From a virus: 64,000 nt of DNA. This document shows positions 18,905 to 29,021 of this stretch, piece by piece. The notes under the pieces were generated by a model that worked only from the letters and a program-made list of their open reading frames with translations, was not told the DNA's origin and made no database searches. Each line of letters opens with the position of its first letter. The first letter of the stretch is position 1. Where the stretch lies: the IMG/VR virus record IMGVR_UViG_3300042863_001519, positions 30,805 to 94,804 of that record; one strand, written 5' to 3'. Both the position numbers and the translations under genes were made by a program.

Positions 18905-19225
18905 TTATTTAGCACATTTTTCAAAGTGGAAAATTACCTCATTACTTACATCTGCTACCATACCGTAATCCTTACATAAACTGTATTTACTGTTAAGATA
19001 TTGTAGCTGTTTATGTACCACTGCTATGTGTAGCCTAAACTGCTCAATACTCTTACTCCCCTTACGCCTCTTACACCTCATGCAGCTAGGGTATAACTGG
19101 TTATTAGTGCTGTCTAGTTTTAATGTGCTAATGGTTAACGCATTACCGCAGTACGCACATTTACAGCCATACTTATTTAGCACTTGTAGCCGTTCCGATT
19201 GTGGTATTCTGATTTGTGTTGTCAT
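18905..19225 (-). CDS. degenerate HNH-like Zn-finger protein
   Basis: KYGCKCAYCG...PSCMRC; catalytic DH and N absent. Confidence 0.65.
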   Translation of the reverse strand: MTTQIRIPQSERLQVLNKYGCKCAYCGNALTISTLKLDSTNNQLYPSCMRCKRRKGSKSIEQFRLHIAVVHKQLQYLNSKYSLCKDYGMVADVSNEVIFHFEKCAK

Positions 19226-20424
19226 ATGCCGTTTATATTGTCCAAAATACTACCTATATAATGAGACCACAGCCCTTCTTTTTCTAGATACTTCTGCATA
19301 TTATCTATTACACTTTTCATTTCAGGAGCTGCTGCACAGAGTTTGGCGTTTTCTTCTGCTTCATCCTCTCCTACATCTGTTGGAGATAATATATTGTCAC
19401 CACTTCGGTCTAATATTTTCCAATTTTTCTCGTTTAAGTGCTCTAATACTGTTCTTACAGCATACCATTTCTTACTCTGTTCCATTTTCTATTATACGGT
19501 TTTCGTTAACCTCTGTTATGCTCTGATTGTCTTCAGAGAATGTAAACATGCTTCTTATTACATCCCACCCTTTACCTGTCCATAGAGCTACTTCTCTTTT
19601 TTTAGGATGTCCCACTGCATCTACTGTTACCCAGTAATAGCCTTTCTTTCTTCTTTTCATTTTCTACAGTTTTTCTAGATGATTAATACTCACACAGCCT
19701 GATATACCTTCTACATTACACACTGGGTGTCCTGCTCCTACATGCCATACAGCTGATGTTATAGTTGTGTCTGTTGGGTTGTATCGTTCTCCTGTTGATG
19801 TTATTACAGACCAGTATCTTACTGGTGTACCTGGTATTATTTCTTGTTCTTTCATTTGGTTTTATTAATTGTGAAAATCATCTTCTACTTCCCAGTATCC
19901 TTGTTTAGTTACAGAAGAAGTTTCTTCTTGTTTTTCCTCATCTTGTATGAGTTTGTTAAAAGCTTTTTTCAATATGTCATGATCAACTTTTAGTTTAAAA
20001 AGTCTTTCTTCACATTCTACTTTGGCTGAATATCTACCAATAAGGTATGCACCTAGTGTAAAGATGCATATAAGAAACAGTTGCATTTTGTATAAATTTT
20101 GAGGTTAACGTATGTACAAACTTAAAATAAAAAAGCCAGGAGTAGAAACTCCTAGCCATTTTTCACACACACAAATTATCATCTTGGGTTCTCATCTAAA
20201 TCTATTGCAGCATCTTCTTCTTTACCAAAGTAAGCTTCACTTTCTTCTCTAGTAATACCATTGATCAAAAACTCTCGATCATCTGCACAAAGATGAGGTA
20301 CAATCTTTTGTATAGGTGTACCTGTTTCTCTTCTGTTTTGTACCTGAGCAAACTGCTCTTCTGTAATATCTATCTCCTGGGTATATCTCTTGCCGGAGAG
20401 GATTGATCTTTTAGTTATCTGCAT
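19222..20424 (-). CDS. run of five small hypothetical genes (19222..19485, 19472..19660, 19664..19855, 19865..20086, 20179..20424)
   Basis: Contiguous short ORFs with A-rich leaders; hairpin at ~20130-20156. Confidence 0.6.
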
Positions 20425-21262
20425 TGCTTTTGCTTTTTTGCCAGAGTTCGTATAGTTGTTGTGATGTTTTATTTTTATATTCCTTACCCGGAGCTACTTC
20501 AGTTCTGTTATACCATGATTTATCTTTTTCTGAAAAACTCCAAAAATTTTGTATAACCCATGTTGCAAACTCAATAGCATTATTAGCTTCTTGTTGTTCT
20601 TGCCATGTTGCTCCGGCTTTGAAATGGAATCTACCATATAGACTACCAGGAGCAGATAAGTTAGCAGCATCTTCAAGTTCTTTATCTTCAGAAGCGTTTC
20701 TTGTTTTCTCAATATACTCTTCAGGATTGTTGAGGAACTTTTCATAGCCTTTATCTGATTCAGATTGCTCTACTATAACAACTTTATTAGCTACTGTGAG
20801 TTTGAGATATTTTGTCATTATACCCAAAGCTCTATGTTCTACAAGTATATCTTCACCAACTATTTCTAACCTCACCATATCTATCTTCCCATCAACATCT
20901 ACATACTGCTTTAAGAATGATTCTGGTATAGCAGGTAAACCTAATGAAGGGTCTGTTGATGCTACTATTTTTTCTGCTTTAGGGTGTTGATTTATTAAAG
21001 TCAGTATATGTGCCCATTTTGTTGTATCTATTTTATCATCGGTAGTGTTATAATACCAATCACCTCCTTTTATCTCTTCATCAGAAGTAAAGTAGATATC
21101 AAATGGTTGTAATATTATACCATGACTTTTGTTAGTAATAAATGCATTTCTGTTTGGTGCTATGTTCCATTCTTTAATATTGTCTATACCAGTAAGATGG
21201 CACATATTAGATTTTTCTGTTGGTAGCATTACTACCTGACAATTAATTGTTTCTTTATTCAT
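20411..21262 (-). CDS. hypothetical phage protein (tandem paralog 1)
   Basis: VVMLPT...TSDEEIKGGDW...KIVAST..LP.I. Confidence 0.75.
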   Translation of the reverse strand: MNKETINCQVVMLPTEKSNMCHLTGIDNIKEWNIAPNRNAFITNKSHGIILQPFDIYFTSDEEIKGGDWYYNTTDDKIDTTKWAHILTLINQHPKAEKIVASTDPSLGLPAIPESFLKQYVDVDGKIDMVRLEIVGEDILVEHRALGIMTKYLKLTVANKVVIVEQSESDKGYEKFLNNPEEYIEKTRNASEDKELEDAANLSAPGSLYGRFHFKAGATWQEQQEANNAIEFATWVIQNFWSFSEKDKSWYNRTEVAPGKEYKNKTSQQLYELWQKSKSNADN

Positions 21263-22076
21263 GTCCTAGATCTTTTAGTGCTTGTTTGTAACCTGCTTCA
21301 TAATCTCTTAAACAATTTTCCCACAATTGATGCTCACTTAAAATATTATCCTTACACTTATCGTCAGAGTTATAAAGATTATTTGAATGCTCTAAGGATT
21401 TTTTAAGAATCTCTTCATCAGTAGGAACAGATGGTTTAGATTGTTTTTCACGAATATCATGAGAAAGTTCTTGTAAAAAAGAGTCTTTGAGTTCAGGCGT
21501 TTCTGCATATCGCAATTTTTTGAGAATCTCTTTTTCACTACAAACTTTCTTACCAAACTCTAATAGTAGATTACCTTGAGGGTCGAGTTTTGTTGGGTCA
21601 CCATACTTTACTTTACCTTTTACAACAGAACAATAAATAGTATCACCTATTTCAACACTCCCCTCTCCAGGTGTACCAGCATCTATCCAAGCCTGTACTG
21701 TTTCTTTAGATATTGGTAGAGTACCTGGAAGTTGTGGGTATGAAGCGATTATTTTTTTGCACCAACCTAAACCTGTTTTATAATCTTCAAATTCTATCCA
21801 ACCATTTGTTTTATCTACCGATAAACATTTTCCTATGAGGTGTTTATATGGAGGTTGTCCAGCATCACAATAATCATGACATATATCACCTTCCTGTATC
21901 TCATCATCACTAAGAACCAGTAGTTGTTGTGCTCTTCCATTTTCCCCATCGGGATTATCGTTAGCTGCTATTAAATATTTCTTATCAATAGATGTGAGAG
22001 TATGAGAGCAAATATCACCTTTACCCCAACCTTCTTTATTCAAAGGTATAGTTACTATCTGTACTGTCTTTTTCAT
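21255..22076 (-). CDS. hypothetical phage protein (tandem paralog 2)
   Basis: IVTIPL...LSDDEIQEGD...KIIASY..LP. Confidence 0.75.
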   Translation of the reverse strand: MKKTVQIVTIPLNKEGWGKGDICSHTLTSIDKKYLIAANDNPDGENGRAQQLLVLSDDEIQEGDICHDYCDAGQPPYKHLIGKCLSVDKTNGWIEFEDYKTGLGWCKKIIASYPQLPGTLPISKETVQAWIDAGTPGEGSVEIGDTIYCSVVKGKVKYGDPTKLDPQGNLLLEFGKKVCSEKEILKKLRYAETPELKDSFLQELSHDIREKQSKPSVPTDEEILKKSLEHSNNLYNSDDKCKDNILSEHQLWENCLRDYEAGYKQALKDLGHE

Positions 22077-22087
22077 GTTTATTGTTT

Positions 22088-22471
22088 TTATATAAGTGTT
22101 ATTGCTTTTTCAATTACTGCTTGTCTTGCTTCATGATAAGATTCTGCCGCACCTCCAACATTTATGTAACAATCAACAAAATACCAACGATATAATAACA
22201 TAGTTGTAACACCCCTGCTAGTAGCAAAATCAACTAAATCTTTATCGTTCCTAGCTATGACAATGTGAATATTACGTTTCTCTCTAAACCAATCAATGAC
22301 TTGTTGCCAGAGTGGAGCTGCAATACATTCGCCTATACTCCTGAAGTTTTTAAAATCTGTATCGATTGGTTGTATTTCTTTTTCCCCGTCAAAATAAGCA
22401 AAACACTGTTTATCGAATCCTTTTTCCCTTAAATTAAGTGCTATCTCGTATGGTACAAATTCTTCTTCCAT
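22088..22471 (-). CDS. hypothetical phage protein
   Basis: FVPYEIALNLREKGFD...APLWQQVIDWFREK pattern. Confidence 0.75.
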   Translation of the reverse strand: MEEEFVPYEIALNLREKGFDKQCFAYFDGEKEIQPIDTDFKNFRSIGECIAAPLWQQVIDWFREKRNIHIVIARNDKDLVDFATSRGVTTMLLYRWYFVDCYINVGGAAESYHEARQAVIEKAITLI

Positions 22472-22512
22472 GTTTGTATGTGTTTTTAAAAAGTTTCAGA
22501 AATAATAAAAAT

Positions 22513-22549
22513 AAAAAAGAGAGTAGTGATCGAACAACACTACTCTCTT
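22513..22549 (-). terminator. intrinsic terminator
   Basis: AAGAGAGTAGTG/CACTACTCTCTT stem plus U-tract. Confidence 0.75.
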
Positions 22550-22616
22550 AGTTTGTTGGCATACGTTTGTCTGGTGACAACACTCATGTATACCTGTATA
22601 GCCATGGCAGCTATTG

Positions 22617-22637
22617 TGGACCTGCTCGGAGTCGAAC
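22617..22637 (-). pseudogene. stranded tmRNA-like 3' end (T-loop, T-stem 3' strand, acceptor strand)
   Basis: GTTCGACTCCGAGCAGGTCCA directly after the HNH stop codon. Confidence 0.75.
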
Positions 22638-23177
22638 TTACACTGATTGATATGTTCTACCAGCACTAATATCCCTTATTACAGTCTCTTTTATTTTAAA
22701 CTGTATAGCGATGTCTTTTACTTTCTTTTCTTTAGTTGCTAATAGTCTTTTTATTTCTATAGCATTTTCTCTAGACAGCTTTCTATTGCATATAGATTGA
22801 AACTCTATTACTTTAGGCACATGATCAAACTTAGAGTAATGACCATGTACATATCTGCCATTTTGTTTTCCTTTAGCTTGTCTGAACTTGTTTACTTTAT
22901 CTTGACAGTTGTCATTGTGTGTACCTACAGACAGATGAAAAGGATTTACACATGCTGGTACATCACAAGAATGCATGATTACTTTTCCTTCTGGTATAGT
23001 TCTGTTATAGTAATACATATAAGCAACCCTATGTGCTCTATGATGTAGTTTACATCCATCTACAACTTCTTGAATAATACCATAGCCATCTCTACCTAGT
23101 CTTTTGTATAGTATACATTCGTTCTTATCTATATTCTGCAGATAAGGCTTTATTCTATTCATTACGCTTGTTGTCAT
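22638..23177 (-). CDS. HNH homing endonuclease
   Basis: DGYG...AHRVAY...MHSCDVPACVNPFHL..GT..DN..D; own TATCTTTG promoter at 23194..23201. Confidence 0.88.
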   Translation of the reverse strand: MTTSVMNRIKPYLQNIDKNECILYKRLGRDGYGIIQEVVDGCKLHHRAHRVAYMYYYNRTIPEGKVIMHSCDVPACVNPFHLSVGTHNDNCQDKVNKFRQAKGKQNGRYVHGHYSKFDHVPKVIEFQSICNRKLSRENAIEIKRLLATKEKKVKDIAIQFKIKETVIRDISAGRTYQSV

Positions 23178-23204
23178 ATCTCTATATTTTCAACAAAGAT
23201 AATA

Positions 23205-23245
23205 AAAAAGTGGAACTAATCTACATTAATAGTTCCACTTTTTTT
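23205..23245 (-). terminator. tmRNA terminator
   Basis: AAAAAAGTGGAACTA/TAGTTCCACTTTTTT inverted repeat. Confidence 0.75.
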
Positions 23246-23249
23246 GTAG

Positions 23250-23616
23250 TGGACCCGGAGGCATCCGAGAGCCTCGTCCAAACAGTGTTCCTCTCAAAAA
23301 AGTTACGACTATGACTTGTTTTTACTCTGCTGTCTTCAGAGATGCTTGAAAGTTCTGCATAATCTACATCTACTTACAACGTCAATAGTTTTTATTTTAA
23401 ACAGTCAGATTTCTCTTCTTATCTGTGGTGAATTAGGCTGCTTCTGCTACTAGAGCATTTGCAAAGCACATATTAATAATACGTGCACCTTCTTCCTGAC
23501 GAGCAACTTTTTCGTTGTTTGCATCTATTGTTTGAATCTATTTATTTAAAGGACTACATCCTTGTCCTTAGTCGCCTTTTCTACTATACTAGCTGCTGTC
23601 AAAACCAATCGGGCCC
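23250..23616 (-). ncRNA. ssrA: tmRNA; tag (A)ANNEKVARQEEGARIINMCFANALVAEAA* at 23522..23433
   Basis: 5' GGGCCCGATTGGTTTTGACAG; acceptor GGGCCCG/CGGGTCC with G3:U70 and discriminator A; resume context AATAGAT-GCA; tag ends in AA. Confidence 0.92.
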
Positions 23617-23838
23617 ATATTGTAATAATACACTCTGATCAGTTTCCTAACCAGAGTGCAAAAATAAACTAATAAACTTAATTAGTTTGCTAATTTCTCA
23701 ACAGTTTCTACAACAACATCATCATGTCCTACATCACGGTATTCATTGGCTAAATAGTCAGCTTCTTCTTTTGTAAGAAGGTAATTATTAACCTCAATGC
23801 CCCCTACCCAAACGGTGTAAATCTTTTGTTTCATAATA

Positions 23839-24102
23839 TTAGTTTGCTAATTTTTCAGCATGTTCATACTGTAACCATGTTTTATTTCGACCATCTGGGT
23901 GTTTCCAAACATTGTATTCTGTTTGATCATAGCAATAACCAGCTGCACCAAAGTGACCATTATCAACTACACATACCATGTTTGGTACAAACTCTTCATT
24001 TGATATTCTTGTAGCACCATCTGCTATAAGTGACCTTACTTTCTGATCAAAGCTTGAACCCAGTGGTAAGCTTCTGCTATCTTGGTTGATATACTTTCCC
24101 AT
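23839..24102 (-). CDS. hypothetical protein
   Basis: 87 aa; VCVVDNGHFGAAG pattern. Confidence 0.7.
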   Translation of the reverse strand: MGKYINQDSRSLPLGSSFDQKVRSLIADGATRISNEEFVPNMVCVVDNGHFGAAGYCYDQTEYNVWKHPDGRNKTWLQYEHAEKLAN

Positions 24103-24186
24103 TGTGTGTAAAATTTAGATTGTTAAAAGAAAATAGCCGGAAATTGTTACATCCCCGGCTATTTGTTTACTTTGGTAAAAGAAGTA

Positions 24187-24564
24187 TTAGTCTTGGCTAA
24201 CCATAGCTTTCCATGTTGGAAAATACGTATTACGAAGACCTTTTAATCTGCTGATGCCGGCTTCATAGCCTTCTATCTCTTTGTCTTTCTTGGCCACATC
24301 ATTCCACTGAACATTCTTAGTGTTTAACATACTAGCTCTAAACTTCTTCGCAGTATCCAGATCCCTTTGGGTAGCCGCTATGTTGGACTGCAAAGAGTTC
24401 AGATTGTCCAGAACATCGTAGGCTAGTTCCTGTGCTTCTACTTCCTGTGCTGATTGTTTCCTGATCTGTTCGTAGGTTAAGGGTTGTACCTGAATACCCA
24501 CTGTTTTGGTTGTTGATGTTGCTACTGTAGCTGTCTTGTTGCTGTTTCTGTTTGTTGTTGCCAT
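24187..24564 (-). CDS. coiled-coil protein (probable start MATTNR)
   Basis: A/C-rich leader; heptad pattern; followed by a hairpin at 24131..24164. Confidence 0.7.
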   Translation of the reverse strand: MATTNRNSNKTATVATSTTKTVGIQVQPLTYEQIRKQSAQEVEAQELAYDVLDNLNSLQSNIAATQRDLDTAKKFRASMLNTKNVQWNDVAKKDKEIEGYEAGISRLKGLRNTYFPTWKAMVSQD

Positions 24565-25807
24565 TGTTTGTTGTTTGGTTTTTTGTTTTGTTATTAGTTG
24601 TATTATCTTCTTTTTCTTTACTCTCACTATAAGGTATCCAGTCACCTCTTTTTATGTAGTTGTCTATTTGTTTTGCAGTATATGAATAACGACTCATTTT
24701 GTCTTCTCCATCTACTGTTTCCACTTTATAGTTATCTCTACTGACTTGTTTTATATACCAACCTTCTGTATTAGGTATATCTACATCATCAGCCATATCA
24801 GCAGGATTACAATATCTATCACCCACTTTCCATTTCCTACCAGCTGGTTGTTTCTGCTTACTAATATATTCTTCAGCAGCTTCAAAGGTACTGAACAGTA
24901 GTTTATTATGGTCTTTATGGTTTTCTTTATCTGTAAACAGTACTTTATCACCTTTTTCGTTGCCATACCAGCTACCACTTGGGTTCAACCACCATACTAT
25001 ATCTCCCTCATACACTTTAACACCATCAGTAGTAACAATAGACCACTTTTCTACAGCTGGTTGTTTTACTTGGTTGTCTGGTGTTGTTAGAATCTGTTTC
25101 CAGAGTTCGTATGGTACTATTGGTAGATCGTCTTCTTGCTTTTTTTCTGTTGGTATTACATCTTCTGGAGTTATTTTATACCAGATTCCATCACCAGTCC
25201 AGTGTATACCACCAGTTAACATTTTTAGATATTGAGCTATTTCACAAGACTCGCTATCAGGATTCTCTACCCAATACTCATCTGGTAGTACATCACCATC
25301 CCATATATATAGTTCTGGTTTTTTAACAGCTACAGGTTCTACTTTGGTAACAGATGCTATTTCTTCAGGAGTAGCTGGTCTTATCTTATTTGCACTAGCT
25401 CCCCATTTTGTTAGTGCAGTATCTGTTCTGGTAATATTTCTTACACATACACTATCATTATTCACATTAATTACTTGGGTTACTGTACCTTCAGGATCTC
25501 CACTTTGATCTTCTAGTATAACTACCCAATCACCTACTTCATACTCTATTGTTTCTTGATACTGTTGTAAGAACTGAGCAGCTGTTAGTTTTGTAGTAAT
25601 AGGCCTACCTGTAATATATGCTATTTTCTTGTCTTTAGTAGTTTCTATGGTCTTAAAAGAACATGTTTGTTTTTCATGTGGTTTTTGTCCTGAGAACCAG
25701 ACCCACCCAGCATCTTCAAACACCTGCATTACATCTTTCCATTCTTGTTCTCCATTGAGCTCTATCCGTATATCTTCAGGGATAGGCGGTGCATTTGTTC
25801 TTTTCAT
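24338..25807 (-). CDS. multidomain hypothetical protein with low-complexity tail overlapping the next gene
   Basis: 489-aa ORF; YEVGDWV...IRPATPEEI and WKVGDRY modules. Confidence 0.75.
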   Translation of the reverse strand: MKRTNAPPIPEDIRIELNGEQEWKDVMQVFEDAGWVWFSGQKPHEKQTCSFKTIETTKDKKIAYITGRPITTKLTAAQFLQQYQETIEYEVGDWVVILEDQSGDPEGTVTQVINVNNDSVCVRNITRTDTALTKWGASANKIRPATPEEIASVTKVEPVAVKKPELYIWDGDVLPDEYWVENPDSESCEIAQYLKMLTGGIHWTGDGIWYKITPEDVIPTEKKQEDDLPIVPYELWKQILTTPDNQVKQPAVEKWSIVTTDGVKVYEGDIVWWLNPSGSWYGNEKGDKVLFTDKENHKDHNKLLFSTFEAAEEYISKQKQPAGRKWKVGDRYCNPADMADDVDIPNTEGWYIKQVSRDNYKVETVDGEDKMSRYSYTAKQIDNYIKRGDWIPYSESKEKEDNTTNNKTKNQTTNNGNNKQKQQQDSYSSNINNQNSGYSGTTLNLRTDQETISTGSRSTGTSLRCSGQSELFAVQHSGYPKGSGYCEEV

Positions 25808-26211
25808 AATAGTTGATTTTGTTTTTTCTGTTCAATAAAAGCAATAACCTCTTCTATATCTTCGTCAGAGAGATACGTAATATTCTCTAGTATAACATGT
25901 ATGCTGTTGATATAATCTTCAGCCAGATCTTTTGCTATACTATTCCAGGTGCCGGGCTCAATAACCTTCATCATTTTAGGAATCATACTATCCAGTTGCC
26001 TTATAGCATCTGCAGCTACAACAGTGAGATCTACAAAGTCTCTAGCTTTATTCTGTTTAGCTTGTTCTCTATAGAATATAAGAGTCTCACTAGTACGTAT
26101 ATCATTCAGAGTTTTTCGAAACAGCTGCCTCTCTATGAATAATCTCTTATAAGAGTCAGCTAGTATCTGTCGTCTAGTCTCTGTTATCTGTGATGGGTGA
26201 GTTATTTTCAT
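25804..26211 (-). CDS. hypothetical protein
   Basis: 135-aa helical ORF. Confidence 0.7.
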   Translation of the reverse strand: MKITHPSQITETRRQILADSYKRLFIERQLFRKTLNDIRTSETLIFYREQAKQNKARDFVDLTVVAADAIRQLDSMIPKMMKVIEPGTWNSIAKDLAEDYINSIHVILENITYLSDEDIEEVIAFIEQKKQNQLL

Positions 26212-26304
26212 TACTTATTTTGTTTGCTATTTACAATAAAATACCTAACTACCAAAGCTATAACTAAAAAAACACCAGCACCTATTGATTGTATTATTAC
26301 ATCT

Positions 26305-26748
26305 TTATTGACATACGATATTGGTATGTATAATAGTTGTGTCATAGTGTTTTAATTGAATGGTTAATGATGCTTTTTTAAGTGGGCAAGTGGTGAATAT
26401 GTCTGCACTGCTTACTATGTACGATGGGTGTTCACAAAAATTGCCGCCACCTAAACCAACATGGAACGGACAATCCACACACCCTGTTATTTCTACTACC
26501 TCAGTTGGTAATGAAGGGTTGATAAAATCGGAGTATTTAATAATTACTTTCTCTTGTGGCTTTTGTAAGTTTAGGTAGTACATTTTTGATGTTGTTTCAA
26601 AATAAATGCCACCATTATCATCAAACCATCTTTTAGAAAAACCCCCACTTCCCATTTCTTGTTCCTCAGCCAACTTAGCAAGGTGCAGCATTTGTTCCCA
26701 AGTATCGCATTTTATGCTTTTGCCTGTAAAATCGTGTTTGTTAGTCAT
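26305..26748 (-). CDS. two-domain hypothetical protein (shared N-domain plus Cys-rich domain)
   Basis: FTGKSIKCDTWEQMLHLAKLA...YSDFI; GCVDCPF...C...CPL. Confidence 0.7.
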   Translation of the reverse strand: MTNKHDFTGKSIKCDTWEQMLHLAKLAEEQEMGSGGFSKRWFDDNGGIYFETTSKMYYLNLQKPQEKVIIKYSDFINPSLPTEVVEITGCVDCPFHVGLGGGNFCEHPSYIVSSADIFTTCPLKKASLTIQLKHYDTTIIHTNIVCQ

Positions 26749-28659
26749 TGTGTATATAGTTGCTGTTTTTGTATTTTATTTGATATATTTTCCCATGCTT
26801 GTTCAGGTGTGTTAAATCTTATAGTTATATCGTCCCCGCCTTTTTTATTTTTTATATAATACCTAAAAGCGTGTGTTCCCGATACGTTATAATCCCATTC
26901 GCAATACGCCATAGGATATACTGATAATACCTTTTCTTTGGCTGTCTGTGCCATGTGTTATTTATTTTTAGATAAAAAAAAAGATAGGGTTTATAGGTAC
27001 TCATTACAGATGTTGTTATTCTACTGTTTCTGGTATTACGTAGATAGAGGAGAGTTTGTTGCCTTTGTATACACCAGGATTAGTAGCTTTGTTATTAACA
27101 AAATACACAAAGTTATGTAATATTACCTGAGACTGTATTACAACAGCTTCTTCTGTTGTAGGAGTGTATACTTTGGCATCTCTGATATCGTCAGACATAT
27201 CACAAAATGTACTGCAGTGGTATCCGATAAAGTCATTATCTCTATTGACGTACTTAAATACTTTCTTCATTTTTGTAGTTTTTAGTAGTTGTGAATTATT
27301 CTTTTTGTTCGAAACTTCTTGAAGATATCAAAATGATCAATGTCAATAAAGATTACGTTAAATACAACTAGTGCAGTTGCTATTCCAACTATTGACTTTT
27401 CTTGTTCACTTACAGTATCTACATTTACTATTACTAGCTTTGATAGGTAAACACAAAAGATTGCCAGTAGATTGCAAAACAGTACTAGAAAGTTACTGTC
27501 TCTTGTTACTGTATCTACGTGTTTTTCTGGCAGTATCAACTCTTCTTTTTCCAACTCAAAGTAGTGGTACTTTACAACATCATAATTTGTATAGCTACTA
27601 ATATCTATTGTGAGTGGTGCTGATTCAATAAAGAAACAAATAGCTACATCGGTGTCATACATTTTTACACCCAAAGTAATATTGTTTTTCTCAACAAACT
27701 CTTTGAGTTCTTCATTATTACCAAACCATACAGAACATGTTGTATTTTGGATGTCTTTCAGTTTTATCTTTTTCATTAGATAATTGGTTGTGCAGGTGAA
27801 ACAATAATAACATTGGGGAACTTGTTCTCAAACTCATTCCAGGTACCAACAAAAGTGTATACAATACAACTTTTTGCAACTCTTTTCTTAAACGTGAATA
27901 CAAAGCTCATGATCTGTGTGTTTTTAGAGCGTGAATAATAAAATCGAAAAAAAAGGGGAGTTGAACCCCTTCCCCGGCCTTTAACCGATTTTTTTAGTTT
28001 GCTGATGGATCTACAAGATTATCTTCTGTTTCATCATCGTCATTGTCATTTCCAAATAGTTTTGTTCTCATCTCTTCCAGTTGCTGCAACTCAGCAAACT
28101 GTTCAGTTTTGTATTGGATCATGTATCCCATATAAAGCAATTCTGTTCTACTGATGTCCAATGGCAGCTCTTTCTCACATGCAACAAAGGAGTTAACACG
28201 ATTTACTTTTTCGGTTTTACCAAGTTTTTCAATAGCAGCAATAACAATGCTTACTAATTGATCATTACGTTCTTCAGACATACCAAGACTTGAAGATAAT
28301 GTACTTTCTGTGTTCTGATTTTCCATTTTGTTTGTTTTTGATTGTTAGTATTGTTATTACCAGCTATGATCCTCATGAAAGTAATCATCTTCTGACATCT
28401 GATCATTAAAAAAAGCAGCTATATCCCCATTAAGACTAAACTGATGCCGTTGATGCATATTAGATGTATTTTCCCAATACTGAGCATTTTCAGCTTCTAG
28501 ACAATCATCATGCATAAACATACCATTTGGTCTTTTGTACATTGTACCTGTAGATTCACCACAAGATGCACATTTTACTGTATCACAACCTTGTGTATGT
28601 GTGTATTTCTCAGGTAGTTCTATTTTACCTATTATACGAGGTCCTATTTGATTACTCAT
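26745..28659 (-). CDS. run of small early hypothetical genes (26745..26954, 27016..27270, 27282..27776 with two TM helices, 27994..28326, 28357..28659)
   Basis: Co-oriented ORFs with A-rich leaders and interspersed hairpins. Confidence 0.6.
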
Positions 28660-28973
28660 TGTGTGTTTTGTTTTAGATTGTTACTACAATTATGTTTAGG
28701 AGTGTTAATAAATCAAAGTTTGCTCTCTAGTATAGAGCAACAGGCTGCAAGGCACAAGAATACACCAGCATATAGGAATGTAGTACCATTACTGGTATAC
28801 ATACTACTTACCAAAGCAGCAGCAGCTACTACGGTAAGAAAGACACATAAGAACAAGAGAACAAGATTACGAGTACGTAGCATGATACATAAGCCACTAC
28901 AGTAGGCCCACACTATTTGATTAATACGATTATTGCCAAGAGTACTTCTTTCTACCAAAGTAACTATAGATAG

Positions 28974-29021
28974 AAACAGAAAGAAAGAAAGAAAGAAAGA
29001 AAGATAAAGAACAAGAAAGAA
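28974..29021 (+). repeat. (GAAA)n purine tract
   Basis: gaaagaaagaaagaaagaaagaaagataaagaacaagaaaga. Confidence 0.85.

Noticed and set aside
22638-23250. Group I intron in the tmRNA T-loop
   Set aside because: The interval holds only a terminator, a promoter and the HNH ORF; no P/Q/R/S core is visible.
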